In this document: positions 36,648-49,791 of the stretch, one piece after another
Position numbering within the stretch: the first letter of the stretch is position 1
Layout of the letters: each line of letters opens with the position of its first letter
Assembly (NCBI RefSeq): GCF_018977255.1
Contig: NW_024704742.1
Coordinates: 77,688,001 to 77,752,000, forward strand
From: Callorhinchus milii
Taxonomy: Eukaryota
Direction: 5' to 3'
Length of the DNA: 64,000 nt
Translations under genes and position numbers: made by a program
The notes under the pieces: generated by a model
Seen by the model: the letters and a program-made list of their open reading frames with translations, nothing else
What the model was told of the DNA's origin: nothing
Databases searched by the model: none

Positions 36648-38000
36648 ACAACAGCAACAAAAACTTGCACTGATATAGTGCCCTCCATGAAGCGCCTCAG
36701 AGGGCTTAAGAGTGGCGGAGCCTGACTCTGAGCCGGGGGGGGGGGGGGGCAGCGGTGGGGGTCGGGAGGTGACCATAAGCACAGCGGGAAAAAAAAGCGG
36801 GATTTGAAAAAGGGGAAAGGGGGGGGGCAAGGTGGAGCGATTCTGGGAGAGTGATCCAGAATTTCGGGCTGTAGTGGCTGAAAGCACGACCTCCGATGGT
36901 GGAGCGGAGGGTGGGAGGGAAAAGCAGGAGGCCGGTGCCAGTCGAGCGGAGGCGAGGGTGGTGGATTGGGGATTGAGAGGTAGGGAGGTGCCAGGGAGTG
37001 AACGGATTTAAACACGAGTGTGAGGATCTTGAAGTCAATCCATTCAGTTATACGAAGCCAGTGGAGCCTGGCCAAAACTGGTGACATGTGGGTACAGGTT
37101 TGGTCCAGGTCAATATGTGGGCAGCAGAGTTCTGATTGAGCTGGAGATTTTGAATGGTGGAGCTGGGGAGATTGGCGTGTAGTGCGTTTGAGTAGATGAG
37201 GGAGGAGAGGTGGTGGAGGAGGATGGCGTGGTCGACTCTGTTGAACACAGCAGAGAGATCCAGGGGGACAAGGAGGCAGAAGGAGCCCTGGTCACAGATA
37301 AAGAAGATGTCGTTTGTGACATTGATAAGCGCTGTCTGAGTGCTGTGGGCAGTTCAAAAACCAGACAACAGGAGCTCGAGGAGGAATGGAGCGAGCGTTG
37401 TGACCAAAGTTGACCTGCAACAGTGCTTTCCAGGACTTTGGCAAGGAAGGTTAGGTTGGAAAGGGACAGTAGTATTATTATTAATTTAGCAACTAAGGCC
37501 AGTATTTGCTGAGGAGAGGGAATGGCGAGCAATAGGGTCACAGCAAATGCGGATTTCGGTAGAGTAAGGCTGTGATTGAATGTGAGGATGAGAAATAATT
37601 CAATCTCCTGGGGTTGGGAACCAGTGGATATGAACAAGGTTGAGGTTAATAGGCTAACACAGGGCAAACATGAGCTGTATGTTTTTCTGGATGATCTGCA
37701 GTTTATGTAGAAAGGGGGAATAATTGAGCCTGGAGTTGATGGGATCTCAAAGAAATAATAGGAGAGATGGGCAATGTTGCAGGGTTGACTGAAAGCAAAG
37801 CTAGTGAGAGCCAGGATGTAAGATTTTGAAGGATAATTGGGAGATGAACAAGACACCGGGGTTCTGCACCAACTCCACAAGGTGGTGTGACCATCCTTGC
37901 AGATCGACGTGGTTAGCTGAGGTGATTTGAGAAGAAGTTGACAGGAGCCAAACAGGAGAGGCTGTAGAAAGTTAGAACTCATCCAGGACTTGAATGCACC
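36648..38000 (-). mobile_element. L2 LINE fragments (composite)
   Basis: IKSWMSSNFLQ-type segment, LSNLTFLAKVLE, SPVLARLHWL..DFKILTLVFKS and STIGGRAFSHY. Confidence 0.85.
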
Positions 38001-39399
38001 AAGTGAAAATTTCATGACCTTCCATCCTTCATGGTCTATTGAAAGCTCTCAGATGGTTCAACTCCCATTTTTTACTTCAACCACGACATAGCTCTCATCT
38101 GCTACTTCACCGTTTTGTCAGCTCTGACCAATGGATTGTCCTCTACAACAGTTAGCACAGGTTTTGCATTCAGACAGAACATAAGAACATAAGAATTTGC
38201 TAGGCGTAAGAAGACCAAGGTCCATCCAGTTCACCTACCACCATCCTTGACAAGTAGTCGCTTGACATGCTGTGTCCCGAACTTTATATTGTATCCCGAG
38301 ATATTATTTTCTATACATCTCCACAGGCGGCCTCAATAAATTAGCTGTAGAGAGCATGAGTCCTATTTTGTTTTAGTCTGTTTCTCGTTTTAACCACTTC
38401 ATTATGGAGACATATTGAGTGCCCATATATTACAATATATTATATTATATTATCATATAATAAGGTGGAGGGGAGAGCCAATGTTTTGCCAGGTTGCATT
38501 TTGAAGATTCTGTTATTGTGCCTGTGGGGTTTTAAGGTCTGAAAAATGATATGGCAAATCTAGTGAAATGACACAGTTACTTCTGTTACACCACAGCCAG
38601 ATTGATAAAAAAAAGAACGTTTTCAATGCAAAAGTTTATTGTCTCTTCAGCAAAACTATCAGTGAACAAAATCTGCTGAGATGTTAAACCAACTACTCAA
38701 TCATCAACTCAAGTTGTTACAGTCGCTGGTGACTGAAATGACAGAGAATTGATGTCTTTTCCCACTAATCAGTCATTTCAATGTAGTGAGACACTTTATC
38801 ATGCTTTTGATAGTTGTCACTTTGTGAGAACTCTGTCTTTTCAAAAACATCACAATACGATTTTTTAATATTTGAAATAATATTTCTCAATTTTTTATGT
38901 TGATTTCCCTCCCTATACATCCGCACCCCCATAGTGTCGGGAGTCTGTAGTGTTGTGGTTACTCCAACAACAAAAATGCAAAGTCAATCCACTTGCAACA
39001 TATTCTGTGAAGTCCACTTGCTAAAGGAACATATTTTGTTTAATGTAGGGTTTTCAATAGAGGGTAAAATGGAAACAGCTTTTCGAGTTGAAATGTTCAG
39101 CATAGTTACCATGTGCCAAAGAAGGGATGGAAATAATTCTGCAAAAAAAATCATACCTAAGCGGTTGAACAGAACAGCTTATGGTACAAAGTGCTTTATA
39201 TAAACAGAATTTACAACACAGTTCAATTAGGTTAGAAACCAGAGGAGGCACCAAACAGAGGGAAGGAAAAAAATATGGAATCAAATCAACCTATAGTTTT
39301 TCTGTGGCATACCTGGTGTCCTCGAAAACGGCATAAACTGAGACTTAAGAACAATGGAATCGACAAAGAAATCAAGGAGACAATGAAATCTGCAAAGAA

Positions 39400-39725
39400 A
39401 GAGTTCGATTCCTGGCAGGACAAAATGTTGGACAAGTTTCCTTACTCCAGTAACAATCTGTTTACCTAGCAGTAAGTGGGAACCCACTTGTTAATCGATT
39501 GGTGGATCGCTTTTCTGGGCGGTAATAATTCCTTAAAACAAATAATAAATCGGCCATTTCAATCCACAACCGTCTGTGGGACACTGCTGTGCACAATTGG
39601 CTGCTGCATTTTCCCATAAAATATACATTTAATTCACTTTATAGTATATTCTGTGAAGGACTTTGAGACATCTCAAACACGTGATAAGATGCTATAACAA
39701 AAGCATGGATTATTAATGTTATTAG
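39400..39725 (+). mobile_element. tRNA-derived SINE, long subfamily (5' truncated)
   Basis: GTTCGATTCC B-box, CTGTTTACCTAGCAGTAAGTGGGAACC and shared tail. Confidence 0.8.
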
Positions 39726-39999
39726 AATTTTTTCAAGTGATTGATCAGAACATCATAGTTTGTACAGGTTATAAACAGCTTAGTTTCTGTTACTTTACAT
39801 CTGCTCTTTGAATTTCAATATTTTCTTTTCCCCTAAATAAGAGATAAAGTTGTTAAACACAGCAAATAGACTAACTCCAGGTCTTAACGTTTCTTTCTAG
39901 GGAGAGCATTTCTATATAACTATTCCTATTTATCTATTTTCTGCTTTTTTTTCCCCCAATTTTTTTAAGTTCTTTTCACCTGAAGGCATTGAACTCCTT

Positions 40000-40140
40000 A
40001 GTTTTATTCTTTTACGGGATTGCACCAAAGTCAAGTGTAGCCCCCGACAGATGTACAGCTGAGATCAGCTACTTCAGTGCACACCAGGGATTCAAAATCT
40101 GCAACTTTTTTGCAACTAAACAACATAGTTTAGCACTAGG
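40000..40140 (-). mobile_element. AmnSINE2-like fragment
   Basis: TGTAGCCCC..GCTGAGATCAGCTACTTCAGTGCACACCAGGGATTCAAA, homologous to 19790-19860. Confidence 0.45.
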
Positions 40141-40324
40141 CTGTACCTTTACCTACAAGCTACTATTGTTATTTGAAAGGAAACTTAAAATCTATAATTT
40201 TTGCCCTTTCTGTAGGGAATTTCCTGAACATAGTTGCAAGAAAAAGAAGAGAAACAGAAGCTCTCGTAATACCAGCACAAGACCAGTCTATTACGACCTG
40301 ATATTATAAAAATAACATCTTAAA

Positions 40325-40812
40325 GAGAAACGTTGATCCAAAAGGCCAAATATGTTATCAAGCACCAAAACCAGTAGATCACAGTGTCATCATGTCCAGC
40401 CCGAGCACAGAGTATCTGATTAGACATAGTAATGTAGCTGAATATATTCACTGGACGATTTGTAAACACTTTGATATTGATGTAACTGATATGAACATCA
40501 ACCAGCAAAAGTGATATTGAGAAACAACTACAAGAAACAATCCGTGACTCACATGTATCTACAGATAGAACAGTAATCTGTAACGAACAGATATTATTAT
40601 GAAGTATCAAATAGACTGTGCATGTAGTATTATTGATATGACTATCCCAAGTGATTGCAGCATGAAAAATAAGGAACTGGAGAAAATAAGAAACTATATT
40701 TATCTACAAATTGAATGTGGCAATGTAAAATATAATTCCTATAATCATTGGTGCAACTGGAACTGTAAATCAGACTATTCAACAATGGTTTGACAAAAGT
40801 ACCTGGTAAACA
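40325..40812 (+). pseudogene. R4/Dong-clade non-LTR retrotransposon C-terminus (zinc knuckle plus restriction-like endonuclease), degraded
   Basis: Manual translation across frameshifts: DPKGQICYQAPKPVDH.VSSCPA, EYLIRHSNVAEYIHWTICKHFDI, YEHQPAKVI, TDRTVICN..DII, IIDMTIPSDCSMKNKELEKIRNY..LQIE, IIPIIIGATGTV. Confidence 0.8.
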
Positions 40813-40819
40813 AAGAATC

Positions 40820-41145
40820 AAAGTGGTCCTAGCTGGACAAGCGGCAGGAAAGCTTGCCAACCAGTGTTCTCAATGGCAAGCTATGCAGTTTTAGTTGTTA
40901 GGCTCCAGCAGTACGTTAATGACTACCCTGGGTCACCAAGCCTTGGTTCTTGCCAACCTGTGCGTAATACTCTCCAGAATTGAGTAAACAGAATCCATCC
41001 CTCCAGGGAGAGAGTGTGTATTCCACTTTAATAAATATCTCTTGAATTTCCACGTATAGATGGGATAGAGGGAACTTTCAATTTGGTTTAAATACTTTTA
41101 ACCAAGGTGGTGGGTTTCCACATGTGACAGGTACCAAAAAAAAAT
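40820..41145 (+). repeat. Repeat family X (copy 2, with 3' end and A-run)
   Basis: Family core, ending GGTTTCCACATGTGACAGGTACC followed by an A-run. Confidence 0.8.
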
Positions 41146-41248
41146 AAACACTACATTTAACAGCAAATATTCTGAAGCACTTTGAGATGTTTCAGTATAA
41201 AGTGCTACTGTATATCCAATGCAAGGATTATTAACAGTTAAACTTTCT

Positions 41249-41856
41249 CATGTTTAGCTTCATGTAAATGCTTCAACAAAGCCATTTCTATCTCACAAGT
41301 AGAGGAGAGGTCATTCATAGCTAAGATATAGAGAAAAACACCAATACATAGGTAGTTTGAGACATATGTGCATACAACCGCCAGGAAGGTGGAGGGCAAA
41401 CTAGATGGACTTTGATCTTTTATTGTCTAGCATTTCTTATGTTCTTATGTTTTTATGTTAATCATTCTAAGGTGGATTCAAACCTAGGTCCCTAAGGTGA
41501 AAAGAAACTGAGCTAATTCACTACTAAAGCCCAGAAAAATACATGTTCATGGCTTGCTCAGCTTCTCAAAATATGTCAGTATGTCAATGTACAGCTTATA
41601 TATCATGATGTGAAAGGCGCTATACAAATGTAATTTTGTATTGTGTTATAATATTGCAGCTTGTGTTCATCGCCACAGGGGGACAGCATTTCTCCTTCGT
41701 TTCTCATGCCATTGATTTCATTGAGTTATGCAGTAAGTCTTTTAGACACCAGTAATTAACATGTTTAGCTTCATATAAATGCTTTAGCAAAGCTATTTCT
41801 ATCTCACCAGTAGAGGAGAGGTCATTCACAGCTAAGGTATAGAGAAAAAACCCAAT
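41249..41856 (+). repeat. 97-bp direct duplication (41249-41345 and 41760-41856)
   Basis: CATGTTTAGCTTCAT..AGTAGAGGAGAGGTCATTCA..TAGAGAAAAA..CCAAT occurs twice, 511 bp apart. Confidence 0.9.
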
Positions 41857-42639
41857 TATGGTTCAGAGCTATCAGTTATTGTTCAACTGTTTTAAAGTTT
41901 TTGATGCTAAGACGAATATATTTTAATATGGTAATATTGAATTGAATCAATATAAAATTACTGAATAATATAGCAGGATATTTGCAACTAAAATCTCATT
42001 AAAATAACAATGTGTATTTTATTAATTCTAGAAAAAACAATCCTGAGAGAATAAAACTGGACTAACATTATAAACCGTAGCTGCTAATATAATGCATTAG
42101 TTATTTCCTTGTATCATCTTATTACCATCGTTATCCCTGCTTAAGTATGGTGATGGTTTTCCACAGTCAGACATCCGCCTGACTAAAAAATAACATTTAA
42201 TCTGTTTACTTTTATGAAAAAGAAATCATGAACAGTAAGATTCATATGGATTGTGTTTTAAGGTTTCATTGACGTGAATAACTTGTTTTCAAGATTCATT
42301 CCCGTGATTTGTGATGCATATATTCAGGTGAAAGGTGCAACATACAATGTTGCTAGCTTCAATTAAACACGATGAAGTGAAAAATATGTGAAATATAATA
42401 ATAATAAATGTTCCTTGTGTTAAATAAGGAACATTTATGATAACTAGCAGCATGTGAAGCAGCCCTCTCCAGTTATCTGGTATCATCCTCTAACAATCGC
42501 TTGCTTTCATTTTAGTCACACGATCTTTAAAATTTAATTTTTAGTTGGTGGGAAACTTTTACCCTTTTTGTATATACAGTATTTTTAATTTCATAATTTC
42601 AGCAGAAGAAACTGGGGATGTGGATTATTCCCAATCGGC

Positions 42640-42988
42640 ATCTGTTAACCTGACAACCCTAATGGGTAGGGTGGTGTTAGCTGTATAAGCAGCGGAAAAG
42701 CTAGTCAGAAAGTGTTATCAATGGCAAGCTATGGGTTTAGCTGGTTAGACTCCCGCAGTACCCCAACGCACAAGCTGTGATCCCCAAGGAATGACTCTTG
42801 CCAACCTACATCTAATTTTGTCGAGAATTAGGTAAGCAGGGTATGTCTCTCCAGGGAGAAAGTGCATATTCCATTCATTTCCAAAAGAATTTCCATGTGT
42901 TGGTGGGATGCATGGAACCCTCAGTTTGGTCTGGATACTCTTAAGCACAGTGAGAGATTTCTGCATGTACCCAGTTGCTAAAAAAAAA
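42640..42988 (+). repeat. Repeat family X (copy 3)
   Basis: Family core and 3' end ..CATGTACCCAGTTGCT followed by an A-run. Confidence 0.8.
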
Positions 42989-43289
42989 TCCCACATCACT
43001 TTTAATAGATCTAAGACAGATCGGGGTTCCAAAAAATTGAAAAAATCTGCATCCGTATTTTTATTTGACCCTCTTGAATCTTATTATCCAAGAATACAGT
43101 ATATATATAGTGTAACGTGTTTTCTCTCCCTAAGTGAGCTGCAACTAAATAAACCTGAAGCTCATCAAATTCTTAGATAATAATCCAGAGAAAGAGGAGA
43201 AAACAACTTTGTATCAATCAATCATTTTAGTGGATATGACTATCCCCAATATTATCAAAGGTTCAGTTGCCATTTTTGACAAGCATTTT

Positions 43290-43683
43290 CATAACAATAA
43301 CAATCTTACAATTTGTTACAGCACCTTTCACATCAGGAGGATGCTTTACACTGTAAAGTACAGTGACTGTGTTTTGTGGGCAAACAAGGTAGCCAATTTG
43401 TAGACAGCAATGTCCCAGGGAGAATTGTTGACCATATCATCGGGAGAAATTCCCTTCCCTTTTTGATTAGTGCCATTAGATTTTTAACGTCCATCTCAAT
43501 AGGTAGACAAGGTCTTGGTTTAAAGTCTCATCCGAAGACAGCACTTCTGACAATGCAGCACATCCCCAGCATTGAATTAGAGTGTTAGCTTGGACTATAT
43601 GGTTTCTAGCCTTGATATAGGGCTTGACCCACAACCTTCTGACTCAGAGGCAAGGGTGCTACCATCTGAGCCAGACTGACACA
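43290..43683 (-). mobile_element. Deu-domain SINE
   Basis: Reverse complement of the 36200-36635 type. Confidence 0.8.
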
Positions 43684-45559
43684 TGAGCATCCCCCTAGAC
43701 CGGGATATTGGTGGGGAGGTAGAAATATCCAGCTTCAGAGTTAAATTATTTTGTAGAATGAAACTGCATCTCACCTAACACGCAGTCTAAAAATGGAGAG
43801 ATACCCAAAGGTGCTTCCTTCAAGTCTCTGCAATGAACTGAACTCCTGTCCTATTTTTCTCCACTGAGGCACGTTTTTATTCTGCACTGGACTAGTTTCC
43901 ATTTCATAACTCAGTAACTGGCAACTCAGACATTCTTTCTTTCCCCTGCATTTGACAAAATGTAGAAAGGATCATTTGCAAAATAATTGCTTTGCCTACC
44001 AGTCAGCATGGGGAATAACCATGTATGCACGCTTGTCCTCATGCATGGCTTGAAAAGAAACTTTATGTTATCTGGGTTCCTCGTGTCTGAATCCATTTAG
44101 ATTTAGATGGAAGTAATCCATTCCCTTCTACGAGTTGCCTAAGGCCATGGGCCCATCTTGGAACAATTCATTTTGTAGCTAGTAACACTCAATGCAAGCT
44201 ATGACATTTGTCAGTGATATAAAGTGGTTTGGAAATATAATGAAGAATGTGTTCCACATCAAATAAATGTTATGATCTCTACTTAATGTTTGCATACAAT
44301 GTTATGACTCTATAGTTATTTGTAGGTGGAGATTGAAGCAGCAGAACAAGTAATGGGAAAATAGTGGACAACCCCTGTGTGTTCTCCAAAACAGGTCAAA
44401 TGGAGCATTCATTGCTGAGAGGCAGGGGCTGAGGTTGAGAATATCCAGGGATTGACGTCTCCAAATCCCATTCCCCAGAAGGGCTTTAAAAGGAAGTTCC
44501 ACTCAATCATATGAAATGTCTTCTCTGGATCTTGGGAGATTATCCCAGATGGTATGTTTTGTTCGGTGAATGATTTTCAACAGGCAGTGAACATTATTGC
44601 CAATCTCTTCCACAGACGAATTCAATTTGTTCTGTTTAGTGACTAATTGCTAAACTGTAAGGACTAAATGTGGCCGAGTTTGCATTTGCACTAACATTTG
44701 GGTTCATCTTAACAATATGTGAAAACCGAGAAAAAGAAGAGGTCCTCAAACCCATTCCCTCTACAGTCCAATTTTGATCTAATTGCACAACAACACGCAC
44801 TATTTTGGACTATCCGTATTTTGGATAAGCAAACAATGTATATAATTGGACATCAGGCAAATTCAATTGGCTACAGTACTAACTAAAAAAAATTGTTCCA
44901 TCTGGTGTTATACTGCCATATTCACTCACTTGTTCATAGTGGTGGAGGTCAAAACTGGGCATATTGTGAATTGGATCATATTCAAGGCAACATCTGCTTC
45001 ATTTTGATAGAAGGCATCCATTAACCTGTGACAGGCTGCAATACCTTTACTGTGAAAGTTAGAAAATTTAACAAGTTCAAATTGCAGAACACTCAGTTAT
45101 TCATAATTGACCACCATCTGGTCTCTCTTTCTGCAATGGCAAATAATAAAGATGGAGATTCCTGAATGGATCATCTTCTTTATGGTTCTCAAACAAGAAA
45201 TGGCAGTATTCCAGAGTATTAAACACCTCAACAGTATGCTATGTGATTTGTAAAAGTTCAAAGACCATTTTTCTAGGGATAGTGTGGTTAAAACCGAAAC
45301 ACTTTATAATTCCCTAATGGTTGAAAATGAGCAATTCCCAGCTCTGATAATAAACAACAAATATGTTGAGCTGTGTTAGCGTGTGGTAAGCTATTCAACT
45401 TTTTTATTTGAACAAGTTAAATAATCAATTGTACAAATCATGAATTGTCTATCTTCAATTAGCAATGGGAAATGTGAACCAGTCACCCATAAATCCTGAA
45501 TAGTAAATCCTGATGGAATTTTTTTTGGTCAGTCTGCCATCGGACACATAAAAACTGTA

Positions 45560-45880
45560 ACTTGCATTAATATAGTGGTCTTCAAACTCACAGCAATGTG
45601 GTTTGACGCTGAAAGAGAGGGGAGGTGACCAAAGGCATGTTGAAGAGGAAAGTCTTCAGATGTGATTTGAAGATGGGCAAAGAGAGGGCAAGACAGAGTT
45701 CCAGAGATTTGGGGCATAATGGCTGAAAGCACAGCTGGTAATGGTGGAGCAGAGGGGATGAGGGATATGCAGAAGATCCAAGCAGCTGAGCAAAGGTAGC
45801 AGGTAGTGAAGTGGGGTGTGAGCCGATCGGAGATGTAGGAAGGTGCCAGGGTGTGAAGTGATTTAAACCAGGAGCAGAGT
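45560..45880 (-). mobile_element. L2 LINE 3' fragment
   Basis: GGCTGAAAGCAC..ATGGTGGAGC..GGTGCCAGGGTGTGAAGTGATTTAAA, as in the other L2 copies. Confidence 0.7.
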
Positions 45881-47269
45881 GAGAATAATCTCCGCGCTCA
45901 CTGACTGCTTTGCCCCTCCATGTCCTACCAATGAGCCCATTTGGCTGGTCTGGCTTCAGCAGTGCCTTGCAGACCTATGTAGCTCACAAACTGGTCTACT
46001 GAGACTGCCATAGAGATTGATTTGATTCCATTTCATTGCCAAGCACATCACCTTGGAGTCAGTTCAGCTCCAAGGAGTGTTTACCTGTGTTTACCTGCTC
46101 CCTCACACACACACCCAACAAAGAGGATGGAATGGAATCATATCTGCAAGCTGCAAAAGGAGAAAACATTATCCTTACTGAACTGATGATTTCTGAAACA
46201 ATTTTCATAATTTTATTAAATACCCTGTATAGCAGGTCTCTATATCCAAATAGTATATATGGTATACTCTTAAATACGTATATTCTTTTTATCTGGGATG
46301 TACGATCTGGGATACTTTGTCATAATTTACATGCTGAGAAATGTGTACAGTCCCGTAAAGAAACAAATCAGATATCTCCTTTCAAGAGGAGACAAACTGA
46401 AATCTGTTGGAAACTGAAATAGAAAACTGAACTAGTCGTAGTTTTGTCCCTCCTTGTGCTTTTATTGCTGTAAATTATGTAGTCTTTTGAACATACATTT
46501 GGGTCTTGAAATTACCTAATGATAGAAATGCTTCTCACAAACTCTACAGCAGCTGTAAATCCATGCTACCACAGATGTGCGCAGTATGTGAACAACTGGT
46601 ATCCAGAAGAATTCACTTGGAAACAGAAAAGGAGGGCATTAGAGACACACGCAATAGGTAGAACAATATGTTGGACTTTTTATATAATGTGCCTTGTTCT
46701 CTGATAGTACTTACAGCATCTGGCTAACAGATACCTTGTTGGAATTGTGTATTATCAAAGAAATATATGAACATTATCAGTATAAATGTAATGTTCATTG
46801 TTTCTTGTATGGTTCTTACTCATGTGTTTTTTGGGGGAGGCTAGGAGCGAAGCATTGCATCTAAGTGGAAACAAAGTACATCTTGAACAACAACAGAACA
46901 ACTTGCATATAACTGCAGATTTGATGAAAATATTCAGCGTCGAAAACTAATATAAAGTGTATCAATTAAAAAAGCATTTGGCAAGCACACTAAATATTGT
47001 ACTAAGTAATATTTTACATAATTATGATGGACACAAAATGTATTATTTTATAAAGCACCTTGCGTAAAGTATGGAAACTATATCTATGACATAACCTGGC
47101 TCAGTTGAGTCACAAGATTGTGTGTTCAAATAAAGGCTTTGAATTCAAGACTGACACTCCAATGCAGTGTTAGCAGAGCGCTGTGTTGTCGGAGATGTCG
47201 TCCTTCAAATGAGGCATTTACCGAGGTCCTCTCTGCCTGTTCAGGTGGACATTAAAGATAACAGCTTTT

Positions 47270-47432
47270 AAGAGAGAAGTAGATAATTTTTTGGGGAGGA
47301 CAAGTTTGCAGAGCTATGGGGAGAGCGCGGGGGAGCGGGATTGAATTAGATAGCTCTTTTCAAAGAGCCAGCACAGACACGATGGGCCGAATAGCCTCCT
47401 TTTGTGCTGTATAATTCTATGATTCTATGATC
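47270..47432 (+). mobile_element. CR1-type 3' UTR with (TTCTATGA)n tail, following a Deu-SINE fragment (47090-47260)
   Basis: CAAAGAGCCAGCACAGACACGATGGGCCGAATAGCCTCCTTTTGTGCTGTATAATTCTATGATTCTATGA. Confidence 0.8.
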
Positions 47433-49544
47433 TTAATGCTTGTCAATGGATACCTATCTACAATATTATACTCATTTGTTACCGCTTCCACAATCAGGGG
47501 TTGTTGCCTTCCCTGTTCCACATGAAATTCCATCTGTTATTGCTTAGCCAGTATATTGCATGTATCCACATTTGAGTGCTACGAGACTTATAATAAATTG
47601 CCTAGCCAACTATTTGTTTTCTGAACAATTTTTATAATGTTTCTAAAAATACCTTCATCAGTCATCAGCAATGCAAATAGCAGGAAATCCAGAACAGACA
47701 CCATAGGAACATCACCAGTCACTGCTCCCCAGAGCCAGGCATGTGCATTTCATCACCTTTAGGTCTCCATTGGCAAGCCAACTTTGATGAATTAATTAAT
47801 TCCATGCACCTTTTTCCTTTTTTCGAATGTTCACATGCACAACTTTATGCATTGTCTTCCAAAAAGTAAATTATATCCATTGAAAGTAAAATATAACTGG
47901 CTGCCAAGTGTATAAAGCATGTCTGCTTTACTTACATAATATGTTTGAATGTTTTTAATGTATGATATTGTACACAAATTAGAAAAAAAATCAATTAAAG
48001 AAAAGTTTGAAGTCTTGAATAAAACCATACCAGCATTTTTTATGATCTCTGTACTTTTAAAGAAATTGATGAGTTCTTGTAAAACATTCTGAAACATTTC
48101 CCCGACAACGGACATTAGACCAACTGTTCTATATTTCTACTTCACGTCTCGTTTCTCCTGAATATTAGGATTATGATAAAAAGAAGAATCCTTGCACTTG
48201 ATATAGCTGGGGCAAATGGAGCTCTATGTTAACTACAATAAAGTACAATTTGCATTTCATATAGCACCTTTCACATCAGGAGGCAGTCTCAAAGTGTTTT
48301 ATACTGCTGACTGGCCACTGGAGCTGGAGAGGTGAAGAAATAACTGAAATATTAACCACAGCCTCTTCTATTTCTTTACTTGTCTTATTGTGGGAAATAG
48401 GTGCCATCACATCTGCTCCTAATGTATTTTGAATATTTAATGCTTTTTGTTTCTTGGTACCGCGCACTTTACTGATATCTGCGTATTTTAGAGATCCCAA
48501 AGCCAGGTTGGCTGGATATGGAAATTGTCCAGAGATAACTATAAACATTGGTGTGAAAGAATCATTTAGTACATATTTCATTTTCTCCACTCCATATTTC
48601 ACTTCATTTATCTTTCAAATGCATCATTTTGAAGAGGTTCTCACACTGCCCTCACATTATTTCTGCACCATCCAAAAAATTTTATTTAGTCATTCATTTC
48701 ATTGCCATTTTGGGGGACATTGCAAATGCAGATTAACTGCAGTGTTTTCCAACATAAACCACTAAACTTCAAAGTAATGTAATGGGTGAAACATTATGAC
48801 ATATTTTGATATGATAAGGCCTTATATCAAACGGAAGCATTATCCAAACTTTCAATTTCTTAATTATTTTTGAGTCCCATAATGGTTAGTCACTATTGTT
48901 TTATTCATTTTTATGTTGTTTCCAAAAAAAAATGAAAAGAAAAAGAATCTCTCCTGAATCCTAGGCTTCATCAGGTTGTTTTTTTTCATCAGAGTATCCA
49001 AACCGAACTGAGAGTATCCCAAACTGTAAACTGTACTGTACATGGATATTCCTGAGATGTTTGTCATCCCGAGCCATGAGGACCTTGACTGATACACCAG
49101 AGTCTGGGCTGAGAATCCCGTACAGTACTGGGGGAGCCTCCCTCGCATTATCAGAGGTGCCATCCTTTGGATGAGATGATAAACCGAGATCCCATCTGAT
49201 TTTTTCTTCAGGTGGATGTTAAAGAAAGAGAAGGACATTTCTCTCAGCGTCTTGACCAACCATCCACAAGATAAATTGATCATTTGCTTTCTGGCTGTTT
49301 GTGGGGTTTACTTTGACGCAATTTAATGTGGTAAAACATTATAACAATGCAGTTTATTCCTTTTAGGTACAAGTTATAGTTTTGCAGAATCAATATTTTG
49401 CCTCTGTGTTGCATTAAAATGTCAGATTTTCAACATTTGTACAATTGGAGCCGTAGGGGATTAAAACAATAAATAAATCCCCTCAGGGATCAGACATTGA
49501 GGCGAGTACAACAACAACAACAACAACACAATGACATTTGTATA

Positions 49545-49745
49545 ATAATAATAATAATAATCCTTGCATTTGATATAGCGCTTTTCACGTCGGGAGGACG
49601 TCCCAAAGCGCTTCACAGAACACACTGTAAAGTGAATTGACTGTATATTTGTGGGCGAACGCGGCAGCCAATTGCGCACAGCAATGCCCCACAAACAGTC
49701 GTGGATTGAAAATGACCAATTCATTATTGTTTTGGGTTTTGGAGA
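49545..49745 (-). mobile_element. Young SINE, 5'-truncated
   Basis: Matches the 3' two-thirds of the young consensus. Confidence 0.9.
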
Positions 49746-49791
49746 TCATAAGCTCAGTCGAAGAGGAGGGTCTTGAGACGGGTTTCATAAC

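Noticed and set aside
37110..38015. 301-aa minus-strand ORF
   Set aside because: Mosaic of frameshifted L2 ORF2 pieces.
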